NCBI GenBank assembly: GCA_963753345.1
Contig: CAVWBU010000021.1
Span: 192,001-256,000 of the forward strand
Length of the DNA: 64,000 nt
Direction: 5' to 3'
Source of the DNA: an uncultured Fibrobacterota bacterium
GTDB taxonomy: Bacteria; Fibrobacterota; Chitinivibrionia; Chitinivibrionales; FEN-1185
The translations under genes were made by a program, and so were the position numbers. Below are positions 49,965-60,251 of this stretch, one piece after another (positions within the stretch are counted from its first letter, which is position 1; the number at the start of each line of letters is the position of its first letter). A model generated the notes under the pieces. It was given only the letters and a program-made list of their open reading frames with translations. It made no database searches and was not told the origin of the DNA.

Positions 49965-50356
49965 TGGGCGCCTGCCTTCGGCACCGGTTCTCCTTCCGGT
50001 CTCGGCCACGGCCTCGGGCTGCCACGGCCCTATGGCCCGCAGGGCCGGGTCCGGGCAGCATCCCGCTCTAGCGGGACCTCCAGTCGCCCCTGGCGCTTGG
50101 CAGCGGGAATACTCCACAATTCTCATATGCTTGACTAATAAGACCTTGTCTGGATATCTTTCCTGAATTCCATATGGCGCAAACATTGCTGCTTGACAGA
50201 GTAGATCTCCGTTTCCGCGCGTTAGGTGGACCGTAGGGTGCGCTGGAGCGCATTGCCGCCTGATCCCTCGCCGAAGGCGGTAGGGACGGGCGGCAACGAG
50301 GCCGAAGGGCCGAGCCCGGAGGGAGACCGACCCGAGCGAAGCGAGGGGAACGCCCA
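49965..50356. repeat. Two module-B copies in inverted (head-to-head) arrangement
   Basis: 49965-50096 (+) and 50215-50356 (-). Confidence 0.85.
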
Positions 50357-50373
50357 ACTCTTTTTCATATTTC

Positions 50374-51414
50374 TTAACCTCTTACCAAAAGACTCTTCTC
50401 CCTCTTTGCCGTCACCCTTCCCACTATCGCCGCTTTCGGATATCCTTTATCAATTAGCCTCTTCACTATATCATCAGCAACACTTTCCTGCACGCACATA
50501 AGCAGCCCGCCCGAGGTCTGCGCGTCGAGGCAGAGCATCTTCATGGTGTAATCGAGGTCTTTCTCGAACGTGCAGTCTTGTTCCACGAACTCCTGGTTTC
50601 GGAAGGCCGCGCCCGGGATGCAGCCGCTTTCGGCAAGGGCGTAGGCGCCGGACAGAATCGGCACCTCCTGCGAATCGATTTCGAGGGTCACGCCGCTTGC
50701 CTGCGCCATGGTGAGGCCGTGGCCGAGCAGGGAAAATCCGGTGACGTCGGTCGCGCACCGCACGCCGTGCTCCTGCATCACTTCCGCGCCGGCCCTGTTG
50801 AGGAGTTTCATGGTGTCAAGACAGGCGCGGTAGTCCACGTCCGACACATCGCCGACCCGCTGTCCCGCGACGATGACGCCGCTGCCGATGGGCTTGGTGA
50901 GGACGAGAACGTCGCCGGCAGCGGCGCGATCGTTTCTGATGATGCGATCCGGATGGACAACGCCGGTTACGGCCAGTCCGTACTTGGGGGGGAAGTCGTC
51001 TATGGTGTGGCCGCCTGCCACCACGGCGCCCGCTTCCTCTATTTTCTGCAGCCCGCCGCGCAGTATTTCGCGCAGGACCTCGAGCGGTATCTTTGCGGAC
51101 GGGAACATGCACAGGTTGAGCGCGGCAACGGCCTTGCCGCCCATGGCGAACACGTCGGACAGCGCATTTGCCGCCGCGATCTGGCCGAATTCGTACGGGT
51201 CGGAGCACACCGGCGGAAAAAAGTCGGTGGTGAGGATGACGGCAAGGTCATCCGTCAGCTTGTACACGCCCGCGTCGTCGTGCGTCCCGATGCCCACGAG
51301 CAGGTTCTCGTTTGTCATTCTCGCGAGACCGCCGAGCGCCTCGGACAATTTCTGCGCGGGCAGCTTTGCGGAACAGCCTCCGTATTCCACGGTGGACAGC
51401 AGGTCGAATGTCAT
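50374..51414 (-). CDS. selD: Selenide, water dikinase (Cys-type)
   Basis: GGCSAK, DDAGVY, TTDFF, ANALSDVFAMGG, GGHTI, TDVTGF, DAQTSGGLL. Confidence 0.95.
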   Translation of the reverse strand: MTFDLLSTVEYGGCSAKLPAQKLSEALGGLARMTNENLLVGIGTHDDAGVYKLTDDLAVILTTDFFPPVCSDPYEFGQIAAANALSDVFAMGGKAVAALNLCMFPSAKIPLEVLREILRGGLQKIEEAGAVVAGGHTIDDFPPKYGLAVTGVVHPDRIIRNDRAAAGDVLVLTKPIGSGVIVAGQRVGDVSDVDYRACLDTMKLLNRAGAEVMQEHGVRCATDVTGFSLLGHGLTMAQASGVTLEIDSQEVPILSGAYALAESGCIPGAAFRNQEFVEQDCTFEKDLDYTMKMLCLDAQTSGGLLMCVQESVADDIVKRLIDKGYPKAAIVGRVTAKREKSLLVRG

Positions 51415-51508
51415 GAGAATGTTTCCTTTAAAGAGGAAATGGTATATTATCTTTTATAAAGATAAATCGTATCGCGGGCTGCAGGCCACAGCGAGGAAGG
51501 GGCAGAGA

Positions 51509-51916
51509 ATGAAGAAAATCGTGATACTTGCGGTTATCATGTGCGCGACCTCCGTCTTTGCGTGGAAAAAGGAGGCCCATTTCATTTCCATGCCCATCAT
51601 CGAAGGGGCCGGATTGTACACATCCATCCGGTGCCTTCAGGACACAAGATCGCTTTCGACGCAGATTCCCTCCATTACCACCATAGTGCTCCTTGGGGGC
51701 AATGCGGGCCTCGGCGCCATTGCGATTTTCGGCCCGCAGGACAATTACCCCATACTGCGCACCATCCATCGTTACATGGGTATGGCCGTTTCCGCAGCGG
51801 CCCTGTGGATGACCATTGCCGCGGCCAACGACAGGGACGTCAACAACCTCACGAGGAACATTTCGTACGGGTATACTGCCGTGACGACGGTGCCGATTAT
51901 AATTTTCTCGTTCTAA
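51509..51916 (+). CDS. Hypothetical exported/membrane protein
   Basis: Signal-like MKKIVILAVIMCATSVFA. Confidence 0.65.
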   Translation: MKKIVILAVIMCATSVFAWKKEAHFISMPIIEGAGLYTSIRCLQDTRSLSTQIPSITTIVLLGGNAGLGAIAIFGPQDNYPILRTIHRYMGMAVSAAALWMTIAAANDRDVNNLTRNISYGYTAVTTVPIIIFSF

Positions 51917-51953
51917 AATTTCCAGTAATAATCCAGAAATAATATTGCTGGAT

Positions 51954-52393
51954 GGGGGAAGTATCCCCCTCGCTCCGGCCCGGCCGCGCCGCTTTACAAA
52001 TCAGCACCCCGGATATACGCGTCCGGTCCTCCGCTACCCCCTCCTGGGTGACCCCCAAGAAGAGACAGTTGCAAGAATCAACCACCCGTGTGGGGGCACC
52101 CGCGAGGAGCAGTTGAAACGTTGAGAAGTTGAATAGTTCAAAGAAAGAGCATTGCTATTCATTCTGAGAATTCCGATTGGCGCAAGAACGGCAAATTTGC
52201 AGAATGTATTTCTTTTTGCCGCGCGTTAGGTGGACTGAAGGGTGAGCAAGGGCGAATTGCCGGCTGACCCCTCGCCGCAGGCGACTTGGGGCGGTCCGGC
52301 AACGAGGCCGACAGGCCGAGCCCGGAAGGAGACCGACCCCGGATATGTAGAGGCGTAGCGCGCTACGACGCTGCCTATCCGGGGGAACGCCCA
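51954..52393. repeat. Composite A(+)/B(-) element
   Basis: Same layout as 3627-4076. Confidence 0.88.
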
Positions 52394-52515
52394 AATTATA
52401 TCTCTCTCCACTCTTCTTATCTTCTCCCAATCATTTTACCCTTTATTATCCCCGTCCCTCATTTTACAATATAGCTTCGCAACAACATGCCTCTTCTTAA
52501 GGAATCGTCAATTCC

Positions 52516-53262
52516 ATGGCCCTGGCGAAAACAAAATTGAACAACGGCGTTCTCTGTGTCATCCCGGCGCGGTACGCGTCCACCAGGCTTCCCGGAAAAC
52601 CTCTCCTTATGTTCCGAAACCTGCCGCTCGTGATGTGGTGCTATAACCGGGCCGTGCGGTCGGGCGCGTTCGATCTTGTGTGCGTGGCCACCGACGACAG
52701 GCGCATCTGCGAAACGGTCCGGAAATTCGGCGGCACCGCAATGCTCACGTCCCTGCGGCACGCCTCGGGGACCGACCGGGTGTGCGAGGTCGCCCGCGCG
52801 CTCCATTACCGGTACATTGTAAACCTCCAGGGAGACGAGCCGCACATTCCTCTTGTGCTCATGCGCCGATTCGCGCAGAGGCTCTCTTCGCTCGACGATA
52901 ATTCCTTGCTAACATGCGTTTCGCATGCTACAATACAGGAGAAAGACAATCCGAACGTCGTCAAGGCCGTGCTTGACAGAAAGGGCGATGCGCTGTATTT
53001 CTCCCGCGCGCCGATCCCGTTCGACCGCGACGGCACACAAAGGACCATGTTCGCGCATCGGGGCATGTACGGGTTCACGGCGCGGTCGCTCGCGCGGTTC
53101 TGCGCCTTTCCGCAGGGCGAACTTGAAAAAAGGGAAAAGCTCGAGCAGCTTCGCGCACTGGAAAACGGCATGCGCATCGTGTGCATCGGGACCCGCGCGA
53201 AGTATTGCGGCATCGACACGGCCCGGGACGCGGCCGCGTTCAGGAAATCGGTGGAAGGATAG
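52516..53262 (+). CDS. kdsB: 3-deoxy-manno-octulosonate cytidylyltransferase
   Basis: IPARYASTRLPGKPL, SGTDR, NLQGDEP, LYFSRAPIP, LEQLRALE. Confidence 0.93.
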   Translation: MALAKTKLNNGVLCVIPARYASTRLPGKPLLMFRNLPLVMWCYNRAVRSGAFDLVCVATDDRRICETVRKFGGTAMLTSLRHASGTDRVCEVARALHYRYIVNLQGDEPHIPLVLMRRFAQRLSSLDDNSLLTCVSHATIQEKDNPNVVKAVLDRKGDALYFSRAPIPFDRDGTQRTMFAHRGMYGFTARSLARFCAFPQGELEKREKLEQLRALENGMRIVCIGTRAKYCGIDTARDAAAFRKSVEG

Positions 53263-53270
53263 TGTCGCCC

Positions 53271-54746
53271 ATGCCGAATGAGGACGGAAGAGCCGACGAT
53301 ACCCGCGTGCAGGACGTCCATCTGGTCGTTGTCGACGACGAGAAGTCGATCTGCGGAATCGTCGGGCAATATCTCAAGATGAAAGGATACGCGGTCACCT
53401 GTTTTGGCTCGGGGGAAGAGGCGGTCGACTTCATCAAGCAGAACGCGGTCGACCTTGTTCTCTCGGATATCAAGATGCCGGGAATGTCGGGCGTCGACCT
53501 GCTCAAGTGGGTGCGCGAGTACAATCATTCGCTGCCGGTGCTCATCACCACCGGGTATCCCACCCTCGACACGGCGATCGAGGCGCTCAAGCTCGGCGCG
53601 TACGATTACCTCACCAAGCCGTTCCATCTCGAGGAAATAGCGGAAAAGATCAAGCGGGCGCTTATCAACAAGCAGCTCGAAGAGGAGAACCTGCTGTTCT
53701 CGAAGCTGGTTTCCCTGCACGAGGTGACGAAGATCCTCGCGTCGACCCATCAGCTTGCGGAACTCCACCAGAAGGTGCTTGACTTCGCGGTGAAAATAGC
53801 GAAGGCCGACGGCGCGGCGGTCATGTTTTTCGACGACGCCGCGCACCTGGCGTTGGCCGAATGCACCACGCACTATCCCCCCGAGTTCTGGCAGGGCGAG
53901 CTGTTTTCCGCCGTGGCGGCCTGGGTGGCCCAGAACGAGGAGCCGCTTGTGATGGAAACTGGGGAGACGAAAATGTTCCACGAGTTCCCGCCGCTTCCCG
54001 ACTCGATACGGTCGTACATCGCGTTTCCCCTCAGGACGCCGCAGCGGACGATCGGCGTGCTCAACCTTGTCCGGGCCCGCGACAAGCACCCGTTTTCAAA
54101 CGTCGACCTCGAAATCGTCAACGTCCTCGCGTCGCAGGCAAGCATTTCCGTCGAGAACGTGAGGCTGTACCAGAACATACGCGACAACTATCTCAAGACC
54201 ATTCGCGCCTTTGCGCTGGCCGTGGAAGCGAAAGACCGGTACACGCACGGCCATTCCGAGAACGTGATGAAATACACCATTGTGATCGGGAAGCGCCTCG
54301 GCCTCTCCGAGGACGATCTCGAGAACGTGAAGTACGCCGGGCTCCTCCACGACGTCGGCAAGATCGGCATGAGCGAGCTCATTCTCAACAAGCCGGGAAG
54401 GTTGACGCCGGCGGAATTCGACGAGATAAAAAAGCACCCCACCCTCGGGGCGAACATCATCGCCGACGTGCCCTTTCTGCGGCCGCTGGTGCCCATGGTG
54501 CTCCACCATCACGAGTTCTACGACGGGAGCGGCTACCCGAGCGGCATCAAGGGCGAGGAGATCCCCTTCGGCGCGCGCATTCTGGCCGTTGCCGACGCCT
54601 ACGAGGCCATGACGTCGGACCGGCCGTACCGCCGGTCCCTGTCGTCGCAGGCCGCCATGGAAATACTGACAAGCGGCAAAGGAAGGCAGTTCGATCCCAA
54701 CATCGTGGACACGTTCTGCGAGATTCTGCGCCCCGGATCGGGCTAG
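53271..54746 (+). CDS. REC-GAF-HD-GYP c-di-GMP phosphodiesterase
   Basis: VVDDE, SDIKMPG, YLTKPF; LLHDVGK; HHEFYDGSGYP; AVADAYEAMTSDRPYR. Confidence 0.92.
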   Translation: MPNEDGRADDTRVQDVHLVVVDDEKSICGIVGQYLKMKGYAVTCFGSGEEAVDFIKQNAVDLVLSDIKMPGMSGVDLLKWVREYNHSLPVLITTGYPTLDTAIEALKLGAYDYLTKPFHLEEIAEKIKRALINKQLEEENLLFSKLVSLHEVTKILASTHQLAELHQKVLDFAVKIAKADGAAVMFFDDAAHLALAECTTHYPPEFWQGELFSAVAAWVAQNEEPLVMETGETKMFHEFPPLPDSIRSYIAFPLRTPQRTIGVLNLVRARDKHPFSNVDLEIVNVLASQASISVENVRLYQNIRDNYLKTIRAFALAVEAKDRYTHGHSENVMKYTIVIGKRLGLSEDDLENVKYAGLLHDVGKIGMSELILNKPGRLTPAEFDEIKKHPTLGANIIADVPFLRPLVPMVLHHHEFYDGSGYPSGIKGEEIPFGARILAVADAYEAMTSDRPYRRSLSSQAAMEILTSGKGRQFDPNIVDTFCEILRPGSG

Positions 54747-54904
54747 CCCGGCATCGGCGGACCGCCGACGTTGCGGAATACGACCGCCGCGTTCTTTACA
54801 GTTGCATTGCGAAGCGCAATCACGCATTTTTATTCTCTTGTGCGCCGGCCCAGCCCGCGGTCCGGCGCCGACCTCAATCACCCTCTGCGCGGGCCGGAGC
54901 GACA

Positions 54905-55822
54905 ATGGCGACGCGTCCCGACACCGTGTGCGGCGTGGAGATATCGCGTGACAGCATCAGCGTCGCCCAGTTTTCGGCGTCCGACAACGCCGTGGTCAAT
55001 GCGAGCATCGTCCCCGGTCCCGCCGCCGACGCCGACCCCGCCGCGGATTTTGTTTCGTCCCTCAAACCGGAATTTACAAAACTGACGGCCGGCATGAAGT
55101 GCCGGGGCCTGGCCGCCGCGGTCGCGATGCCGGCGAATTTCGCGGTTGTAAAGAAGCTGATGCTTGACGCAGACGAAGCAAACGTGCGCGAGGCGATCGG
55201 GTGGGAGCTGGGACGGCACATCGTGGGAACGATGGACGACTACGCGTTCGACTACGAGCCCCTGTCCGGCGGCGGCGACGGCGTGAAGCGCTACCTTGCG
55301 GTTGCGTACCGTCACGCCGCGGTTCAGAAACTCGTTTCGCTCCTCAAGGCGGCCCGCATTCCTCCCAAAATTGTTGACCTCGACATCTTCGCGCTCGTGG
55401 CCGCGTTCGAGGCGAACTACCGTGAGTACATCGGTCGCGTCACGGCCCTCATTCACGGCGGAAGCGATTCGTCGCGTCTTATCATCACCTCGGGCGGAAC
55501 GTTTCTGGATTTCGACGTGGTGGAGCACCGCGGCGGGCGCGCGTCGGCCGACGACTACGGGGTGCAGCTCAAGGAAGCCGTGCGGAGGAGTTCCTTTGGA
55601 AGGCAGGCGGCGCAGGCGATTTTCGTGACCGGTCCGCTGTTTTCCGACCCGGATTTCAGCGAGGCGGTGTGCTCCTGCCTGGGCAACGCCAAGGCGCTCG
55701 ACCCCTTCAGGATAGTCAGTTTGACGGCTCCCATTCCCAAAGAAGAACTTGTCAAGTGCGTCCCGCACCTTGCCGTTGCCGTGGGCCTCGCGATCCGGTG
55801 CGCCGCGGAGGCCGACGCATGA
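54905..55822 (+). CDS. pilM: Type IV pilus assembly protein PilM-like
   Basis: GVEIS, FDYE.L, VDLDIFAL, DPF..., AVAVGLAIR. Confidence 0.75.
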   Translation: MATRPDTVCGVEISRDSISVAQFSASDNAVVNASIVPGPAADADPAADFVSSLKPEFTKLTAGMKCRGLAAAVAMPANFAVVKKLMLDADEANVREAIGWELGRHIVGTMDDYAFDYEPLSGGGDGVKRYLAVAYRHAAVQKLVSLLKAARIPPKIVDLDIFALVAAFEANYREYIGRVTALIHGGSDSSRLIITSGGTFLDFDVVEHRGGRASADDYGVQLKEAVRRSSFGRQAAQAIFVTGPLFSDPDFSEAVCSCLGNAKALDPFRIVSLTAPIPKEELVKCVPHLAVAVGLAIRCAAEADA

Positions 55823-56718
55823 TACGCATCAATCTCCTCAGAAAACGGCATGCGGGCACGGGAGCCGGGCTCGGCAACATCGGGAAAATTATAGGAATCG
55901 CCGCGGCCGCGGTGATTGTCGTTGCTGCGGGCGGCGTCCTGTGGACGTTCCGCGCCGCCCTGATTCCTCCGGCGCCGCCGCAGCAGAAGCAGGAAACGGT
56001 TGCGCAAAAGGAGCCGGCCTCTTCCGCGCCGGCGGGGCCCGGCATGCTTACGGAAGTGGTCAGGGAAGTGAGGGAAGAGGGAGGCGGCGCCGCGGCGGGA
56101 CCTTCCTACAACGACCTGTCGTTCGACGAAAGAATCGCGTACGAAGTCCTGTTTGCAAAGAACGTGCTGGAGCTCATGGACAGGGCGGTGCCCGCCAGCG
56201 TGGGGATCCGTACGCTGGAAGCGGACAATTTCCAGACGGTGTACGCCGTGGGGCTCGCGCCGTCGCGCGCGCTCGTTGAAGGCCTGTTCGCCTCGCTCAA
56301 GGCAGGCAAGGTGAGCCTGCTGCCCAGGCCGCTCACGCAGATTGCGCCGAACGGCGGCGACAGTTACCGGTTCGCCGTCACCGGAAGGGTGAAGTTCGCG
56401 CCCGACCCGGCGGCGGGCGTTTCCCTTCCCCTCAATGGAGACCTTCCCCGCGCGCTGCAGGCGTTCGAAAAGGCCGCCAGGGAGAACTCAATCTCCATTG
56501 TCAAGAAACCGTCGAAGGCGTCGACCGAAAAGGTGGGCGGGTGCTGCCGCTACCTGTACCAGTGGTCGGGCACGGGGACCTACAGGAATTTCGCCAGGTT
56601 CGTCGATTATCTGTGCCAGACACGGCAGGCGTTCGCCTTCAAGCGCATCTCCCTGACCGCCGCAAGCGGCCCGCACGTTGCGATCGAATCGCAGGTCATC
56701 GTCACCACGCGCGAGTGA
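55819..56718 (+). CDS. PilN-like membrane protein, possibly with a PilO-like C-terminal part
   Basis: MIRINLL motif, single TM, translational coupling to pilM. Confidence 0.6.
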   Translation: MIRINLLRKRHAGTGAGLGNIGKIIGIAAAAVIVVAAGGVLWTFRAALIPPAPPQQKQETVAQKEPASSAPAGPGMLTEVVREVREEGGGAAAGPSYNDLSFDERIAYEVLFAKNVLELMDRAVPASVGIRTLEADNFQTVYAVGLAPSRALVEGLFASLKAGKVSLLPRPLTQIAPNGGDSYRFAVTGRVKFAPDPAAGVSLPLNGDLPRALQAFEKAARENSISIVKKPSKASTEKVGGCCRYLYQWSGTGTYRNFARFVDYLCQTRQAFAFKRISLTAASGPHVAIESQVIVTTRE

Positions 56719-56764
56719 GCCGGCGCGGCTCCCGCCCGGCGCAACATCTTCCACGGACAGCGTC

Positions 56765-57316
56765 ATGAAACTCCGCATCGTTGCCGGCACCCTCGGCCGG
56801 CGCGTGATAACCGTTGACAAGCGTGCGCAGGGGTTCCGTCCCACGCAGGAACGCGTCCGCCAGGCCGTCGCCGAAACGCTCAAGCCGCGCATTGCCGGCG
56901 CGCGGGCGGCCGACGTCTGCGCCGGCAGCGGGGCCATGGGCATCGAGCTTTTAAGCCGCGGCGCGGCAAGCATTGATTTTGTGGAAAAAGACCGGGCCCG
57001 CGCGCACGCCATCGAGCGGCAGTGCGCGGCGTTCGGGATTCAGCGCCGGTGCAGGGTGCTTGCCTGCAACGTCCGCGGCTTTATTGATGAATGCGAAGGC
57101 TTGTACGACATCATTTTTTATGACCCGCCGTACGGCGATCCGGCGCTCGCCGCGCTGGTGCCGGCAGTGGTGGGACTGCTTGCGCCGCAAGGCGTGCTCG
57201 CGTTCGAGCGGGACAAATCGGATACGTATCAAGGTGAAATGGTGTCGTTGGCGCAATATCGGGTTGAGGTCAGGACCTATGGTGATACGGCGGTAGAATA
57301 TGTCGCACGGACATAG
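56765..57316 (+). CDS. rsmD: 16S rRNA m2G966 methyltransferase
   Basis: LRIVAG..GR, RPT.ERVR, AGSGAMGIE.LSRGA, DPPY. Confidence 0.9.
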   Translation: MKLRIVAGTLGRRVITVDKRAQGFRPTQERVRQAVAETLKPRIAGARAADVCAGSGAMGIELLSRGAASIDFVEKDRARAHAIERQCAAFGIQRRCRVLACNVRGFIDECEGLYDIIFYDPPYGDPALAALVPAVVGLLAPQGVLAFERDKSDTYQGEMVSLAQYRVEVRTYGDTAVEYVART

Positions 57317-57487
57317 TAGTTGTATTGATGGAACTAAAATCGGAATATCGTCGGTGTTGACTTGATGGCTGAGTCAGGGGCGTGCAATTCCGGTTCAACG
57401 CTTTTTTTGCTTCATCATCCTCTTCAATTCCATAACCCTCGCCAATGCAAACACGTATTTTTTCATCAAGAAGGAGGACATCGCCCC

Positions 57488-57964
57488 ATGCCCACGGCAC
57501 TGTATCCCGGCACCTTTGATCCGATAACCTTCGGCCATATCGACATTGCGGTCCGCGCCGCGAAGATTTTCAGCAGGGTGATCGCCGTCGTTGCCGACAA
57601 CCCCGTTAAAGACCGGCTGTTTTCTCACAAGGAACGCCTTGCCATGGCACGGGAGGCTCTTGCGGGCGTTCCCAATATCGAAGTGATCGCCTACGCCGGC
57701 CTCATCGCCAACTGCCTGCGGGAGCACAAGGCCACCGTGCTCATCCGCGGCCTGCGCGCCATCTCCGACTTCGAATACGAATTCCAGATGGCCTTCACAA
57801 ACAGGAACATAAACAGGAACGCCGAGACCGTGTTCCTCATGCCGAGTTCGAAATACACCTATCTCAATTCCTCCATGGTCAAGCAGATCTCCAGGCTCGG
57901 GGGGGATGTGGGCGCCTTTGTCCCGCAGTGCGTGGTGCGCCGGCTTGCGAAGAAAAAACGATAA
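57488..57964 (+). CDS. coaD: Pantetheine-phosphate adenylyltransferase
   Basis: YPGTFDPITFGHID, IRGLRAISDFEYE, SSMVK. Confidence 0.95.
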   Translation: MPTALYPGTFDPITFGHIDIAVRAAKIFSRVIAVVADNPVKDRLFSHKERLAMAREALAGVPNIEVIAYAGLIANCLREHKATVLIRGLRAISDFEYEFQMAFTNRNINRNAETVFLMPSSKYTYLNSSMVKQISRLGGDVGAFVPQCVVRRLAKKKR

Positions 57965-58803
57965 TGGACTACGGCCTCCCTCCCTTTACAAAAGGCATTC
58001 GCGGTCTTGTTGTCGCCTCCACGGCGGTGTGGATCCTGCAGCTTCTGCCCGGCGTCGGCGCCATGGTGACCGGGCTGGGCGCGCTCGTTCCGTACAGCGC
58101 CTTCGGGCATCTGCAGGTGTGGCGGCTTGTGAGCTACGCGTTCCTGCACGACACCGCGGGCCCGTTTCACATCCTGTTCAACATGTTCACGCTCTGGATG
58201 TTCGGCGCGGAGCTGGAGGAGCAGTGGGGCACGCGGCGGTTCGTGGTGTTCTACCTGTGCGCGGCCGCCGGTTCCGGGCTGTTCAGTCTCATCACGGCCT
58301 TGAGCCCGTTTATGTGGTTCACGCCGGTGATCGGCGCGTCGGGCGCGGTGCTCGCGCTCCTCACCGTGTACGCGCTGTATTTCCCGCGGCGTCAACTTCT
58401 TCTCTTCTTTCTTTTTCCGGTGAACGTTCTTGTCGCCGTGGCCGTCTTCGGCGCCATCTCGCTGTTCGGTGCCGCGCATTCGTGGGGAAATGTTTCGCAT
58501 CTCACGCACCTGGGCGGCATTGCGGTGGGGTTCCTGTACGTGAAGTTTTTCCCTGTTGTGAATGATTACCTCAGGCGCGCCGGATTGCGTGCGGACGAGG
58601 CGAGGCAGCGGGCCGCACAGCGAAAAAAGAGCGCGGGTCGCGAGTACTTTGAAGATGTGGTTGACCCGATTCTTAAAAAGATCTCCGAAAGCGGAATGGA
58701 CTCGCTGACGGAAGAAGAGAAGAATACGCTTGAGCGGGCGTCGAAAAGAAACAAGAACAAGGGCGAGGATTCGGGAAAAATTCTTCCTTTCAATCGCGGA
58801 TAG
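57964..58803 (+). CDS. Rhomboid intramembrane serine protease
   Basis: WRLVSYAFLH, HILFNM, GASG, HLGG; C-terminal VDPILKKISESGMDSLT. Confidence 0.92.
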   Translation: MDYGLPPFTKGIRGLVVASTAVWILQLLPGVGAMVTGLGALVPYSAFGHLQVWRLVSYAFLHDTAGPFHILFNMFTLWMFGAELEEQWGTRRFVVFYLCAAAGSGLFSLITALSPFMWFTPVIGASGAVLALLTVYALYFPRRQLLLFFLFPVNVLVAVAVFGAISLFGAAHSWGNVSHLTHLGGIAVGFLYVKFFPVVNDYLRRAGLRADEARQRAAQRKKSAGREYFEDVVDPILKKISESGMDSLTEEEKNTLERASKRNKNKGEDSGKILPFNRG

Positions 58804-58948
58804 AGGGCGTGAGGCATCTGGCTCGGCGCCGCTTTATCGCATTGGACAACGTTTGCACCACGAAACAATATCCGGTAACGAAGCTTCGGCGCGAGCAGTC
58901 CAATAGTTTCGCAAAGGGAAATATCACGGCAATCACCGGAACGTCACT

Positions 58949-60235
58949 ATGAATAGACCAAATCCGATTCTTGTCATTATCACTTTTATGTTTTTTGGAA
59001 CCGCATCTCACCCCGCCGCCCAGCAGGCTTCGGCGTTGAGCCTCGAATCGTACGTTGCTCTTGCGGAAAAGAACAATCCCCAGGTTCGTGTTGCAAACGC
59101 TGCGGTCGCGTCCGGAGTTGCCGCATGGAAATCGGCAAGATCGAAGTTGTTGCCCCAGGTAAACGGACTGGCGGATGCTGGCCGGGCGATGTCGCCGCTC
59201 TCGCCGCCGTACAGCGGCGAGGGTTACGCCGACGGTTATTCGGCCGGGGTCACGGGCCAGCAACTTCTGTTTGATTTCGGAAAGTCGTATCTTTCGACCC
59301 GGGCAGGTTCGAAACTTGTCGCCGCCGACAAAGAGGATGCAATAAGTTCCCTGCAGACCGTTGTGCTCAATGCCAAAACCGCCTATTTCAACTACCTGCT
59401 GTCGCAGATGCTGTATGCCGTGGCCAACGAAGCGCTTTCGCAGACCCAAGCGCACCTTAACCAAGCCAGAATTCTCTATGAAACAGGCAAGCAGGCGAAA
59501 TACACCGTCACCGCGGCCGAAGTCGACGTCGCCAACGCCACGGTAAACGAGATCACCACGCGAAACGGCGTGAAACTCGCAAAAGTCCAGATGGAGGTCG
59601 CGGCCGGCGTCCCCCTCGGCGATTCCCTGATCCTCACCGACAGCCTTGTGGTAAAGGAACCCGACATCACCAGGGAGCAGGCGCTCGAACGCGCGACCGA
59701 TTCCCTGCCGCAGCTGGTGTCCCTGCGCGCCAGGCTTGAGGCCGCAAAGCTCCAATTGACATCTGCGAAGGCGGCGCTGCTTCCCAATCTTAACGCGACC
59801 GCCGGCATCGGATACGAATCGCGGAACACCTACGCTTCGGAATGGCAGCAGGACTGGAACGTGGGCGTGAATCTTGCGGTTCCCATTTTTCAAGGCGGCT
59901 TTCTCGTCGCGGCCGTGGAAGCGGCGCAGGCTTCGGTGGACCAGTCGAAGGCGACGCTCGATGCGACCGTCCAAAACGTCCAGTCGGCCATAGACCAGGA
60001 TTACTACGGAAAAGTGGAAGCGGCCGAGCGCATTGCCGCGACGCAGAAGCTCATCGAATCATCGCAGCAGTCCCTGCAGCTCGCGCAGGAGCGCTTCTCC
60101 GCGGGCGCGGCGGCGTCGCTGGAAGTCACCGACGCCGAGCTTGTGCTTGCCAATGCGAAAAGCAGTTATGCCCAGGCGCTGTACGATTACCGGACAGGCC
60201 ATGCGAAGCTTCTCGCAGCCATGGGTGCATTCTGA
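58949..60235 (+). CDS. TolC-family outer membrane protein
   Basis: Signal peptide, LLP repeats, LFDFG, AQERF.AG. Confidence 0.88.
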   Translation: MNRPNPILVIITFMFFGTASHPAAQQASALSLESYVALAEKNNPQVRVANAAVASGVAAWKSARSKLLPQVNGLADAGRAMSPLSPPYSGEGYADGYSAGVTGQQLLFDFGKSYLSTRAGSKLVAADKEDAISSLQTVVLNAKTAYFNYLLSQMLYAVANEALSQTQAHLNQARILYETGKQAKYTVTAAEVDVANATVNEITTRNGVKLAKVQMEVAAGVPLGDSLILTDSLVVKEPDITREQALERATDSLPQLVSLRARLEAAKLQLTSAKAALLPNLNATAGIGYESRNTYASEWQQDWNVGVNLAVPIFQGGFLVAAVEAAQASVDQSKATLDATVQNVQSAIDQDYYGKVEAAERIAATQKLIESSQQSLQLAQERFSAGAAASLEVTDAELVLANAKSSYAQALYDYRTGHAKLLAAMGAF

Positions 60236-60251
60236 ACAACGAGGAGATGTA

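Noticed and set aside
49935-50357. Small ORFs inside repeat modules (also 21527-21836, 32281-32827, 33670-34370, 52155-52474)
   Set aside because: Translations simply reflect the repeat sequence; frames and stops are not conserved among copies
51370-51380. Selenocysteine readthrough in selD
   Set aside because: The catalytic position is a Cys codon (GGCSAK); no in-frame TGA
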